From the IMG/VR virus record IMGVR_UViG_3300034375_010798: a stretch of DNA of 64,000 nucleotides, one strand, 5' to 3'. A model generated the notes under the pieces. That model saw only the letters and a list, made by a program, of their open reading frames with translations, searched no databases and had not been told where the DNA came from. Both the position numbers and the translations under genes were made by a program. The stretch's first letter is position 1, and each line of letters opens with the position of its first letter. Positions 45,701 through 55,755 of this stretch are shown piece after piece. The stretch is from a virus.

Positions 45701-46898
45701 TAGAGGTGGTAAACTGGCTAGTGGAATTTACAATTGGGCTGGAGATGGTATTGGAAGTGGTATGGATAAACTTAGAGGCACCGGTGTTTATAAAGGTGCT
45801 TCTGATTTTATAAAAGGGTTAGGTGAATCCAAAGTCGGCCGGTTTGTTGGTGGCCAGTTGGGAAAAGCAAAATCCGCTATTTTTGGTGAGGCAGAAACCG
45901 GTGGAGGTTTTTGGTCTTCCGCAGCAGGTGCAGCCACATTACAAGGTTTAGGAACAGCTGGGTTACAATTAGCAACAGGTGGTTTTGGTAAAAGAAATGT
46001 TGCAGCTGCTGTTCAATCTGGAACATCCGCGGCAGGAACTGCATTAATGGCTGCAGGCCCATATGGGATGATAGCTGGGTTAGGTTTGCAAATAGGAGGT
46101 GCGTTATTAGGTGATAAAATAGCTGGTAGTTCTAGGGCTGTTAAGAGAGGAGATGCGCTGGCTGATCTCCAAAGAGCTATTGAAAATCAAGATTTAAAAA
46201 CATTTAGTGCAGCCTCAAGAAAAAAATTACGTCAAGCTAGTAAAAAACCAAGTTCAAGAGGTAGAACTCTTGTAGCTATACAAACAATGTTTGCAAATGC
46301 TGGATTAAATAACAATGAGATAGGTAATATTTTTTCATATTTAACTGATCAAGATATAGATGAGTCAACTACAGCCTTTTGGAATAAGAGACTTTTTAAC
46401 AAAGAATCAGATACACTTAAAGAAACTGATTACCAAAAAATGCAAACCAGTATGGCTGGTAAAAGCACAAATTTAAGTGATCTTCAATCTTCAGCTGATA
46501 ATATATTAGAAAGATGGAGAAAAGATAGAGGTTATCAAACGAAAGAAGAAGCTGCAGAGGCATTAGGTCTTACCCCAGAAGATGCAAAAGACATAACTAA
46601 GTTAACAGAAAGTATTGGATCAGCTGCTGGTGGTTCTGAATTTTTAGAACGACATATGATGAGCATGAGTAAGAAAGAATATGCACAATCCAAAGACGGT
46701 GGCGGTGGAGGTGGCGGAGTAATTCAAATGCCACCAGAGTTGACACAAATGTTTATGGAATTAAATCAAAATGTAAGAAATATGGGTGAAGCTATGGGTC
46801 AAGAAAGTTTTAATATTGTTGTTGAACTTAGTGGTGAAAGAATAGGTCAATATATACGTGAAAGACAAGCCGAGGAACAGTCAACTACGGTAGTTTAG
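42726..46898 (+). CDS. Tail tape measure protein
   Basis: 1390 aa; helical, A/G/M/K-rich; hydrophobic Gly/Ala segments; AATGRVVGSPSLFMVGE...EVIIP motif; follows the chaperones. Confidence 0.88.
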   Translation: MADISLTLSNLQDTVEKTSFSIKTLDSAFSEMSEVLKGHVDNVDKSTKKQEDAIKRQQQAVDKLTRSIQNNLSSITNEFTKQIPIIGKSLQNGIDSILKGMQRPLEALSRFVLGNKNLSGVLTAAGGGLLASAALIFKEFQKIENAVVSISKQTGFYGQQLKNVRDMTIEAYKGNLQFGISMEKNAKAAVGLVTALGSQRRLTQDLIKFNAQLADYTGLSADQTGKLMSTMIKGFGMTTNQVKNFIGQLATATAGGQATATIIRDMAANSNLVAMHAAKGAQYLLDMSAYSRLTNVNMNKMQSMTDVFLNFDSGTELINKLNVAFGGSLNSMEMFSKAMKGDVVGVMNDLHGLLSSPQGLRTLQMYPGYARQLGQQLGMNYDEMLKIARMTKSDLELAKQQQGEQAKINDILREQRTTFENMKNTLISEFLPGFTNLAQRAMTMIKPLKQGMLYVRDMYRGLRSVMGGSDVAAISTIAVAIPTLVTVVKALVGRGVSRLAPMYVSVVNGGGVGGGVGGGVGGGRIGKAGMGVAAVGTAAAATSFLGGDVIDQTLSLLTMVAPFFGPKGMAIAAAAAGLGMLKNMYIDKAATGRVVGSPSLFMVGEENRREVIIPTERIRNGMPVSSDVANELASIGVPGFFDGGFVSSGNRTIYGNRNRGVVSDAGSFAEQTRREQEAMAINRAYRRDLKAQHDERLSVLMDIERNTGDGGVLGGGRGAGSSLGGLRLPGAYRGTDFSPLTDPIKDLPKNFMEGFKDGFVREYQEWRKSLTGDYRQTVELLHNMYDMWGEYKRDGWNAVGRYIATNKGMEQRLDWIVSNIGNEGSFLDRNSMAITQGIRAMSMSRVLDNNWKKSIGIGLSTALLSAGRYGTQKIFNNRQAARARQANRNELNDPSAMLMNNTTRRGLAAYGRGRYGDPYSFTDYRNQLLGAGMFGLGGSGLELLSSRPDEIRRIADREQTGSGKGWLDRPWGAFTEKVGSDARGVSNYLKNSRGGKLASGIYNWAGDGIGSGMDKLRGTGVYKGASDFIKGLGESKVGRFVGGQLGKAKSAIFGEAETGGGFWSSAAGAATLQGLGTAGLQLATGGFGKRNVAAAVQSGTSAAGTALMAAGPYGMIAGLGLQIGGALLGDKIAGSSRAVKRGDALADLQRAIENQDLKTFSAASRKKLRQASKKPSSRGRTLVAIQTMFANAGLNNNEIGNIFSYLTDQDIDESTTAFWNKRLFNKESDTLKETDYQKMQTSMAGKSTNLSDLQSSADNILERWRKDRGYQTKEEAAEALGLTPEDAKDITKLTESIGSAAGGSEFLERHMMSMSKKEYAQSKDGGGGGGGVIQMPPELTQMFMELNQNVRNMGEAMGQESFNIVVELSGERIGQYIRERQAEEQSTTVV

Positions 46899-46919
46899 TT
46901 GAGTTAATAGAGAATAATT

Positions 46920-49070
46920 ATGGCATTAATAAGAAAATTTAGAGATATAATTAGAAACACACAGCCAAACGATCAGACAACTATCTTAGCTGATAGATTG
47001 GATTCGGAGAATCTTGGTGGTGTTAATTATCATGTTAACAATGGCCCTAATGGATCTAATACACCCAGTAGCTTAAATGTTTCAAATAGTTATCATGGTG
47101 GTAGTGATAGACCACTAATACCAGCTGATGTTACTTTTTTGGGCGAAAATATTAATGTTTCTTTTTTAGATAATGAAATAAAAGGAACAGAAGAAATATA
47201 TAAAAGATATTTAAAAAATGAAGTTATGGAAAACTCAACTATGAACGAGGAAGAGTTTGAAAAACTATTAGATAAACATCAAAATCAATCTGTATACGAA
47301 AGAGTTGATGGTGGTCTAAAAGTTTATACTATTAATAATGAGTTTTTTAATGGATATGTTGATAGTAATATATTTAAGAACTCAAGTTCTTATTATGCAA
47401 GATTTTATAACGCCATAACAGCTGCGGGAACAAAACTAACAGAGCCGGTTGGATACGTCGGCGCCCTGAGACTGGGGAGTCAAGGATTTAATGTAGCTCA
47501 ATATTGGGGTTCATCATTTTTTAAGCCAAGAATAAAATTAGATAACACAGAAGATCCATATAATCCATCTGGATCTTATAGGGCACCAACTGATACTGAA
47601 GATCTGGTCAATAGTATATTAACGGGTGAGTTTTTAAATCCAGACTCAAGAAGATTAGAAGAAATTGATATACCAGATGATTTAGATGAGTTAGAAGCCG
47701 CATCTCAAAGAATAGTTAAATCTTATGTTCCCGGATTAACAAGAGAACCTCAGCCATTTTATGCTAAGAATGGTTTGAAGGATTTTCTTAAACAAAATAT
47801 TTTAACAAGATATGGATATTTTGATCAATACAGTGCACGCGTGACAAAGGGCGGTCAGATAAATTATATTGTTGGCGTTGGCGAATCGGGAAGAATTGAT
47901 AGTATAGATAAAGTTTTTAAACAACTATACACCAACAACAACTCTGCTCCATATTATGAATATTATGCTAACCAAGAAGAAATTAATGGTGAAGAGCAAT
48001 GGAATAAAGGAGCTATTGCTCAAGTAGCTATAAGTGAAATAGAAAGAAGTGGTGGAAAGAAAGGAGAAGAAGTTTTTAGTTTTGAAAAAGACGCAGATTT
48101 ATTAAATTATGCAGCAAAGGTTCAAGGTTTTTCAAACAATATTGCAGATTCTGTTCCACAAAAATCTGATGAATTGGCTAAAGGTGATGAACTACCAGCA
48201 GTTGAAGAGATAAATATTAGCACGAACGCGGAGGATTCATACACTAAATTACAAAAGTATGATGAATATATTACTCAGTTAGGTGATAGACAGTATTTTC
48301 CCTTTTTGTTTGAGACAGAAAACAGAAGCAAGGTTGAAGAAACAAAAAAAGAGCAAGTTTGTCAATTTCAAGCAACGATAGATAATATTAATGAAACATT
48401 TAATCCTAATTGGGTTTCTAAATCATTTTTCGGTAGAACAGAACAAGTAAATACATATATGCAAACTGATCGTTCTTTATCTATGAGTTTTACTATATTT
48501 GCAAATACTATAAGGCAACTACAAAATGTTTATGAAAGAGTAAACTGGTTGGCACAACAAACATACGGTCAAAAACAAAATAGAGATAATGGTAGTTTTA
48601 AAATGATTGGTGGCCCTATTATAAGAATGACCATAGGTGATATGTTTTTTAGAATGGGTGGATACATACAATCTTTGGCTTATGATTGGAATATATTAGG
48701 TGCTGGTGGTAAGTGGGAGATGACACAAGGATTAAGGATGCCAGTAGCTTGTAGAGTTAATATAACATTTAGAGTATTACATGATGAAATGCCAAATAGA
48801 GATTATAACTTTTATAGAGGGCTAATGACAAACGAAAGAATATTAAATAACCAAGGGTTAATAGAAGGCGGTGGAAGCAAAATGCAAGGATTTACGGTTA
48901 AGGGCAGAGGAAACCCAGCCAAGCCATTGATACCAGTCCGACCAGATAGCAAAGACAGCCGCGTTATAAGTGAAAACGAGAGTTTCATCACTGGCAATCC
49001 GAACGCGAATTATAGCCCAGACTTTGATTATTACTTAAAAGATTTATTTTATGGAAGAACAAGTGGTTAA
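46920..49070 (+). CDS. Baseplate / tail-tube initiator protein (tube-like C-terminal domain)
   Basis: 716 aa; FQATIDNINETFNPNW...FFGRTEQVNTY...RSLSMSFTI...PIIRMTIGDMF...P.AC.VNITF; follows the tape measure. Confidence 0.7.
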   Translation: MALIRKFRDIIRNTQPNDQTTILADRLDSENLGGVNYHVNNGPNGSNTPSSLNVSNSYHGGSDRPLIPADVTFLGENINVSFLDNEIKGTEEIYKRYLKNEVMENSTMNEEEFEKLLDKHQNQSVYERVDGGLKVYTINNEFFNGYVDSNIFKNSSSYYARFYNAITAAGTKLTEPVGYVGALRLGSQGFNVAQYWGSSFFKPRIKLDNTEDPYNPSGSYRAPTDTEDLVNSILTGEFLNPDSRRLEEIDIPDDLDELEAASQRIVKSYVPGLTREPQPFYAKNGLKDFLKQNILTRYGYFDQYSARVTKGGQINYIVGVGESGRIDSIDKVFKQLYTNNNSAPYYEYYANQEEINGEEQWNKGAIAQVAISEIERSGGKKGEEVFSFEKDADLLNYAAKVQGFSNNIADSVPQKSDELAKGDELPAVEEINISTNAEDSYTKLQKYDEYITQLGDRQYFPFLFETENRSKVEETKKEQVCQFQATIDNINETFNPNWVSKSFFGRTEQVNTYMQTDRSLSMSFTIFANTIRQLQNVYERVNWLAQQTYGQKQNRDNGSFKMIGGPIIRMTIGDMFFRMGGYIQSLAYDWNILGAGGKWEMTQGLRMPVACRVNITFRVLHDEMPNRDYNFYRGLMTNERILNNQGLIEGGGSKMQGFTVKGRGNPAKPLIPVRPDSKDSRVISENESFITGNPNANYSPDFDYYLKDLFYGRTSG

Positions 49071-49080
49071 GGAGTAAGTT

Positions 49081-49389
49081 ATGTATTCTAGATATGATTT
49101 TTTAGAAAATGTGTATGATGTAAAATACAATGAATTTAGAAAAGAAACTTTTCCACCGATTAAAGCTGAAGATATAATTAGTGATAGGGATATTATTGTT
49201 TCTTGGAATTCTGCAGAAAGAATTGATAAAATAGCTGCTAAATATTATGGTGATGGTAGTTATTGGTGGATTATATGTTTAGCTAATGATCTTATATCTC
49301 CCCTACAAAAAATAGAAGATGGAACATCTATAAGGATACCTTCATCTGTAGAATTGGTTATTGAAAAAATAAAATTAAAAAGAGGTTAA
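49081..49389 (+). CDS. LysM-like baseplate protein (P2 gpX / T4 gp53-like)
   Basis: 102 aa; ERIDKIAAKYYGDGSYWWIICLAN...GTSIRIP. Confidence 0.85.
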   Translation: MYSRYDFLENVYDVKYNEFRKETFPPIKAEDIISDRDIIVSWNSAERIDKIAAKYYGDGSYWWIICLANDLISPLQKIEDGTSIRIPSSVELVIEKIKLKRG

Positions 49390-49392
49390 TGT

Positions 49393-52300
49393 ATGAGTGA
49401 TGCAGACACAATAGATAGTTCTTATGAAAATCATTTAGTTAAGTTAGCTAGTGGCTGGAACGATAAAAAATTATACAATAATATAGAGTTATCTTCACTT
49501 AATACATTTGTGAGATTATATCTTATTGTTAATGACGAAGAACAGAATTTATTAAATAATTTATCTAATAACAATATTGATGTATTAACGCTTATAAGTG
49601 ATGATGACGGATTAAATAATAAAAAAATAGTTGAAATTTCTAGTTATCTACCTCAAATAAATTCTGACATGGGTAATGCTAATCTTCGCAATGCTGGAGG
49701 TATTGGTATAAACAACTTGAAAGTGGAAAGATCAAATAGAGAAGCATTTACAATAAGGTATAGATTATCATTAACAATAACAGATCCTAAATTAATAGAT
49801 CAAAGAACAGATCTTTCAAAATTAATTCAATTAAGTAGTGATTGGATTATTGCATATGGTTGGGATGGTTTTAGAGCAAGTAATATTGCACCTGCGGTTC
49901 CAAATGTAGTTAATAACCAAAATCAAAAAACAATAACCTATAATTTATCTGATAAAAATAATGGATATTGGGATTGGAATTATGCTAAATTATATAAGTT
50001 CAATTTTAATATAACTAATGAGGGTCATCTTCAAGGAAGTCTTGAGTTTTCTAACGCTGATAGTATTAATATAAGCAGTATGAAAATTAATGAAATATCA
50101 ACAGCTGTTTTAAATGATTTAAAAAAACCAGATTCATCTATTGATTTAATTACAGATATATCTACAATTGGTCATATACCCGGATATGAAGAGTTATTAT
50201 TAACTTACCCACAAGAAAATGTAAACTGGGCATTTACACCAGATGGCGTTAAACCAGAAGACTATTATGGAATTTATAACGGTGATGCCAGTTACAATTT
50301 TGTTTGGGAAAAAGATTCAAAAGCCTTTGATCAGTGGTATAATGATTATACAGCTGATATTCGTGAGAGTGTTCCCGACACATCCCAAAATAGAAAATCT
50401 AAAAAATACATTTTTGGGAGTGAGATAAAATACTTATTAAATGAAGAGGGTGTTATTGTAGAGGATACACAATCTTCTCCAAACCCACTTATAAAAAATG
50501 TTTATGATTTTAGAGAAACTGGGGATCTATATTTACTGCAATATAGAGATAGAACAGATAAAGTTTCATCTACACAAGCTTTAAATGAATGGATTAATAC
50601 ATTGTATGACACATGGAATAGCTTGCCTGCGTTTGACAAAAACAGAGCCATATATAGTTTTATGAATTTGAGAATACAAATTCCAACGCAGGCAGAAATA
50701 AACGGCATACAAGCTGATTATATAAGTGGTTGGACAGAATTATTTCAAAGAACAGGTGAAACATCCTTAAGAAGAGAAAACGCTAACGAATATTTAAGAT
50801 ATAGTCAACAATATTTAGAGCGTCTTTTAAATGATGCAAACGGTTCTAATGGTATTAGTTTTTCTGTCTTGCGATCTTTATTTACTTCGTTTTCAAACCA
50901 AGTTCTGAGATCTGTTGAGACTTCTCAAACAAAATGGAATGGAGTTAATATAAAAAACAGTGGTGTTGTTTTGAGACCACCGCCACCTTTTGTGTGTAAT
51001 CAACAAGGACTTCCAATAATTTATCGAGCAGGTCAAATTGATGGTTGTTTTTTATATAATTTAAAAGTAGATTTAAGTAACACTAGGTTGGTTTCTAATG
51101 ATGATTTATCTTATTTTTATAATAAAAAAATAAGAGAAGAAGGCACTTTTTTCTTTCTCGGAGATGAAATAGAAGGTGATTTTGGAAGAGTTATTGGTGA
51201 TAGCGGAAAATATAACTATTCTGATAAAACAAAACCTTTTAACTATGGTAACAAAGCTTACAAACCTTTTTATAATGAAAAAGATGTCACAGTATTTAAT
51301 CAAACAACTGGTGAAAATGTAAATGTTCAAGATGATTTTATAAATTTTAAACCTTCTTTTATATCTATGAGGCAATATAATTTATTTTTAAAAGAATTCA
51401 AACAAAAAATTAATTATGGAAAAGAATTTTTAAGTCAGATATGTGTAGCGGATTCTGATTTTGTAAAAAATAACAGTAAAACTATTTTTGATAATAACTC
51501 AGATAATGACCAATTATTACAAGAAACATTAGACATTATAAAAGAAAGAGGTGTTGTTGCCTATCTATCATCTCCAGAGGAATATTTTACTGTGGTGTCA
51601 CAAGAGGATTTGGATAAAATAAGTAATATATCTTATACACTTCCACCTTTTAATTTATTAAAAAAGTATGCTCGGAAAAATAAAAACTACATTAGGGATT
51701 TACATTCTTTACAATTAGATGGAGTAGCTCCATATGGAGATATTGTAGAAAATAATGGATTTAGGGTTCCGTTAGCTTGGGTTTTAGATAATATTAATTT
51801 ATTTAAAGAAAGTTTTGAAGAAAGTGTTAAAGATAAATTTTTATTTAAAAAAAGAATGAATGAATTAATAGAATATGGTAATAGGTTTTATAAAATACAA
51901 CTACCTCTTTCTTCAACTCATACAACGAAATGGTTTGAAAATGATGAGAGCGGTAGTGGTGGTTATGCACCAAGTTATGAAGAAAAAGAAGAAAAATCTT
52001 TTACTTATTATTACTCAAACATAGATAATACACCAGCGAATGAAATCCACTTTGAATCGCCGGAAGATTTATATGGAGAATTATTTGGTGTTTTAGGGAC
52101 TATAATCCGTGATCTTGTTGACGTTTTTATTGCTGAAAAGGGTCTTTACTATAAAAATTTATCTGGTATTAATACAGATATAAATTTTATTGTTAAGAAT
52201 TTTGATGGAGATATTTATGACTCCTTGACTAATAACAGATATAAAGAAAGTTATGCGTTTTCTATAGAACAACAAGATTCTTTTCTAGCTAGAAATTTTT

Positions 52301-54810
52301 TTAACACAACACCAGTTTTGTTAATAGAAAAAGATGAAAATGAACAAAACACAAGTGTATATAAAATAAGGGAGTTTGAAATTTTATATGATTCTATTAT
52401 TGAAGCAATAGAAAATTGCCCATTTAATATTAATAAAGATGGAGGATATAAAAATACTAGTGGGGATATTATAAATAGAAATATATTAAAAAACTATATA
52501 GAGTATATAACAAAACAAAAGGAAGAAACTGATGGTGTTGAAGTAGAAAATATAAATTATTCTTTACAGCATCCACTATATCCTTCTTTTTATGAACCAA
52601 GTATATTAATTAGAAAAACAGATATGACTGATGAAGCGCTATTGGGATTTTATAATAACGCGACCGCGGGTCGAGGTTCTAAATTATTATATGGAGAAGT
52701 GGATAATACTTCAGAAGCAAATTTGTCTGGTCATCAAGTGTTATGTAATCTATCAACAAGAGCTTTTATGAATTTTTGGAAATATGAAGATGAAGACATA
52801 TATAAATGGTATAAAGAATTGTTAGAAAAAAGAGGAATTCAAGAAGAAAAAATAACAGATCCAAATTATAGATCTTCAACAACTGTTGAATATGATAATG
52901 AGTCTTATAGTCAAAATGATATAAAAATAGCTATGGCTGGTTTTGATAATACAGTGGAAGAAGATAAAGAAGAGGGCGGAACAAACGACGACCCACCAGA
53001 TAATACAAATCAATCAGATCAAGGTGTTATAAATGATGTTGACATACAATTTGGTTATGTTAATGATAATAATAGCGATAGTAATTATCCCATAGCTTAT
53101 TTTTTAGGCCCAGTTTTAGAATCAATAGCTAAGAATGTTAATGAAAGAAATGCCAAACTTCAGGATGATGGCGAATTTACAGCAGATGAGTTTGCAAAAA
53201 AGAGAAATATAAAATTTAAATATAATAAAATACCTCTATCAGTAAGAAATGATATCACAAAAGCTTTTAGTGCCAACGCCTTATATATATCTTCTGCAGA
53301 AGGCCAAGCAAAAAATTATGCTACTTTAGTAAAAACAACATTTGATTTATTAGTTGATTATCAATCTGTAGACACAATATTAAATAACCATAATGTTTCA
53401 AACAAATCTGTTATATATCTTCTAAAAAATATTCTTAATTATATTAATGCAGGCGTATTATCTAATATGAAAAACCCTATTCAATTGGCTTTTAGAAAAA
53501 CTCAAAACAATGATGAAGATGTTGTAGAGATCTATGTTGAATCTCAAAATAGAGGTGGTATAAATAAACAACTTAAAGAAACATATGAGTTTGAAAAATA
53601 TATAGAATCAGAAAATAAAAATCAAAAAGTAATTACGTTAAATCACGGAGATAGTCAATCCTTAGTTGAATCATTTAATATATCTAGTAAAATAGATCCT
53701 TTAGCTTATGCAACATTTCAATTACCTTTTAAATCTGGAATAACATCTTTGGATATAAGCCAAGTTATAATGGAATCTTTTACTGATGAGGAAACAGGCG
53801 CGCAACAAGGTCAACTAAAACAACACTTAAGACAACAAATTAATAACGCGTTGGCTGGTCGTGGATTTTTATTTCAATCATTAATATCATCAACCGGAAA
53901 TATAACGAAAAGATTGGAAGATTTAACTAATTTATTAAACAACAATAATCCGGATAGAATAACTCAAACAACTTTTGATGACTTAAACAGATTAATATTT
54001 TCAGATCCAACTGGCAAAACTATGGATTTACTGCTGCAAGATTTTAAAACAATTGATAGTAATGTCGTATCAGATTTATTATTAAATTTTCTTTTTAATG
54101 TTGACGCAACTATACATGGAACAACAGGAATATATTTATTAGATCCCATAATTGTTAATGATTTTGTTAATGCTGCAGAGGGTATATATATTGTTAACTC
54201 TGTTGTGGAAACCTTAACTCCTAATTCATTTAATACTGTTCTAAATTTAAAATTATATTCCCCAATTCAAAACCTTAACACAATTGAATCTCTCGGAGAT
54301 ATGAGGCCAGCTATTGGAACACTTAATGGTAGGCGTATTGATGGATTTTTACCAGCATCAACAAGCCCAGAAAGATTAAGAACTCTTGGATATATCTATC
54401 AAAGAACAGATAAAGGTTATAATAAAGTTAAAGGAGTTATTAACATATCATTTTTTGAAAACCCACTTGAAAGAATGTCTCCGATATTGGCTGACCGCTG
54501 GCTGGGTGAAATATCTTTCTTTCAAGGAGAAAGTGATGGTGGTGAAAATGATGAACCTATCACATCAGAAGATCAATTTGATACCCCTCCACCTGTAATT
54601 GATTCTTCAAACCCTAAAAACGATGGGCTAGAGCTTGATGGTGAATTTGTCGCGGTAACTGAAAGTGGTAAAACAGTTGTTGTTAATCGAACCCCAACTG
54701 CAGCGACATCTAATACTGATACGGCAAGGAGGAGAAGAACAAGTGGTGGTAATACTGATAATGACACTGGAACATCTACAAGAGCTGGTGGGACTGGGGC
54801 GGTGCAATAA
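49393..54810 (+). CDS. Large baseplate hub protein (gp27/gpD-like termini, long unassigned middle)
   Basis: 1805 aa; follows the LysM gene; N-terminal GIGINNL...IAYGW and C-terminal TIHGTTGI...GIYIVNSVVETLTPNSFNTVL resemble hub proteins. Confidence 0.55.
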   Translation: MSDADTIDSSYENHLVKLASGWNDKKLYNNIELSSLNTFVRLYLIVNDEEQNLLNNLSNNNIDVLTLISDDDGLNNKKIVEISSYLPQINSDMGNANLRNAGGIGINNLKVERSNREAFTIRYRLSLTITDPKLIDQRTDLSKLIQLSSDWIIAYGWDGFRASNIAPAVPNVVNNQNQKTITYNLSDKNNGYWDWNYAKLYKFNFNITNEGHLQGSLEFSNADSINISSMKINEISTAVLNDLKKPDSSIDLITDISTIGHIPGYEELLLTYPQENVNWAFTPDGVKPEDYYGIYNGDASYNFVWEKDSKAFDQWYNDYTADIRESVPDTSQNRKSKKYIFGSEIKYLLNEEGVIVEDTQSSPNPLIKNVYDFRETGDLYLLQYRDRTDKVSSTQALNEWINTLYDTWNSLPAFDKNRAIYSFMNLRIQIPTQAEINGIQADYISGWTELFQRTGETSLRRENANEYLRYSQQYLERLLNDANGSNGISFSVLRSLFTSFSNQVLRSVETSQTKWNGVNIKNSGVVLRPPPPFVCNQQGLPIIYRAGQIDGCFLYNLKVDLSNTRLVSNDDLSYFYNKKIREEGTFFFLGDEIEGDFGRVIGDSGKYNYSDKTKPFNYGNKAYKPFYNEKDVTVFNQTTGENVNVQDDFINFKPSFISMRQYNLFLKEFKQKINYGKEFLSQICVADSDFVKNNSKTIFDNNSDNDQLLQETLDIIKERGVVAYLSSPEEYFTVVSQEDLDKISNISYTLPPFNLLKKYARKNKNYIRDLHSLQLDGVAPYGDIVENNGFRVPLAWVLDNINLFKESFEESVKDKFLFKKRMNELIEYGNRFYKIQLPLSSTHTTKWFENDESGSGGYAPSYEEKEEKSFTYYYSNIDNTPANEIHFESPEDLYGELFGVLGTIIRDLVDVFIAEKGLYYKNLSGINTDINFIVKNFDGDIYDSLTNNRYKESYAFSIEQQDSFLARNFFNTTPVLLIEKDENEQNTSVYKIREFEILYDSIIEAIENCPFNINKDGGYKNTSGDIINRNILKNYIEYITKQKEETDGVEVENINYSLQHPLYPSFYEPSILIRKTDMTDEALLGFYNNATAGRGSKLLYGEVDNTSEANLSGHQVLCNLSTRAFMNFWKYEDEDIYKWYKELLEKRGIQEEKITDPNYRSSTTVEYDNESYSQNDIKIAMAGFDNTVEEDKEEGGTNDDPPDNTNQSDQGVINDVDIQFGYVNDNNSDSNYPIAYFLGPVLESIAKNVNERNAKLQDDGEFTADEFAKKRNIKFKYNKIPLSVRNDITKAFSANALYISSAEGQAKNYATLVKTTFDLLVDYQSVDTILNNHNVSNKSVIYLLKNILNYINAGVLSNMKNPIQLAFRKTQNNDEDVVEIYVESQNRGGINKQLKETYEFEKYIESENKNQKVITLNHGDSQSLVESFNISSKIDPLAYATFQLPFKSGITSLDISQVIMESFTDEETGAQQGQLKQHLRQQINNALAGRGFLFQSLISSTGNITKRLEDLTNLLNNNNPDRITQTTFDDLNRLIFSDPTGKTMDLLLQDFKTIDSNVVSDLLLNFLFNVDATIHGTTGIYLLDPIIVNDFVNAAEGIYIVNSVVETLTPNSFNTVLNLKLYSPIQNLNTIESLGDMRPAIGTLNGRRIDGFLPASTSPERLRTLGYIYQRTDKGYNKVKGVINISFFENPLERMSPILADRWLGEISFFQGESDGGENDEPITSEDQFDTPPPVIDSSNPKNDGLELDGEFVAVTESGKTVVVNRTPTAATSNTDTARRRRTSGGNTDNDTGTSTRAGGTGAVQ

Positions 54811-54877
54811 TATAGAAGAATATAATTTTTTTTGATTTTTTATTAAATTAATAAAACATTTAATTGAGAGAATTTAT

Positions 54878-55537
54878 ATGAAGTATTGGGGCGAAAAAGA
54901 AGAAGAAGCTATAGTTTCTTTTAATCAGATAGATGATGTAGAGTTTAAAAATCAGATATATTCTTCTGTAATAGAACCGGCATTTAAAAATTTAATAGAA
55001 AATATATATTACACATTCAATTTTAATAGAACATTATATGATTTTGATACAATAAAACACGAAGCTACAACTCATCTTTATGAAAAATTGTCAAAATATG
55101 ATGCAAGTCGTAATAAAAAATCATATTCTTATTTTGGCACAATAGTTAAAAATTGGTTAATACAGCAATCCAATTCTTATAAGAAAAGGGTATTTATAGA
55201 TGAGAACGAAAATGAAGTTGTTGTTTCTGATTTGAGTGTTGATTTTTATGAAGAAAAAGAATTAGAAAGAGATAATATAAATTTTATAAATGATTTAGAG
55301 AGGAAGTTTAGTAGTATAATAGAAGATAATAATAAATTTACCGATGACGATATACTTGTCTTAGGTGTTATTAAAGATATATTAACAAGTTATGATAAGT
55401 TATATATTACAAATAAAAAGCAATTATATCTTTACATAAAAGAAGCTACTGATTTACCAAGTAGAAAAATAACAAAATCATTAAATAAAATAAAGTTATT
55501 ATATAAAGAAGTAAGATTTAATTTTATAGAGGATTGA
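54878..55537 (+). CDS. Phage RNA polymerase sigma factor, gp55-like (late transcription)
   Basis: 219 aa; sigma region-2-like HLYEKLSKYDASRNKKSYSYFGTIVKNWLI; C-terminal helix-turn-helix-like IKEATDLPSRKITKSLNKIK. Confidence 0.65.
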   Translation: MKYWGEKEEEAIVSFNQIDDVEFKNQIYSSVIEPAFKNLIENIYYTFNFNRTLYDFDTIKHEATTHLYEKLSKYDASRNKKSYSYFGTIVKNWLIQQSNSYKKRVFIDENENEVVVSDLSVDFYEEKELERDNINFINDLERKFSSIIEDNNKFTDDDILVLGVIKDILTSYDKLYITNKKQLYLYIKEATDLPSRKITKSLNKIKLLYKEVRFNFIED

Positions 55538-55755
55538 TGGAACAGAAACTACCAGATATAAACAACATATCAGATGAAGAGTTAAAACTTATTTATGCTG
55601 ATATGATATTGGCTTATAGGGATTGTTTAAGTGTTATAAAAAGCTTATTAAATGTTAGATCTTATAAGTTGAATGAAATTGCTGTTATGAATGAAGAACT
55701 AAAAAAAAGAGGTTTTGAAAAATTAATAGAAGATTTAGAGAAAAAAGATGAGTAA
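55534..55755 (+). CDS. Small hypothetical helical protein
   Basis: 73 aa; overlaps both neighbours; GAGG RBS. Confidence 0.55.
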   Translation: MMEQKLPDINNISDEELKLIYADMILAYRDCLSVIKSLLNVRSYKLNEIAVMNEELKKRGFEKLIEDLEKKDE

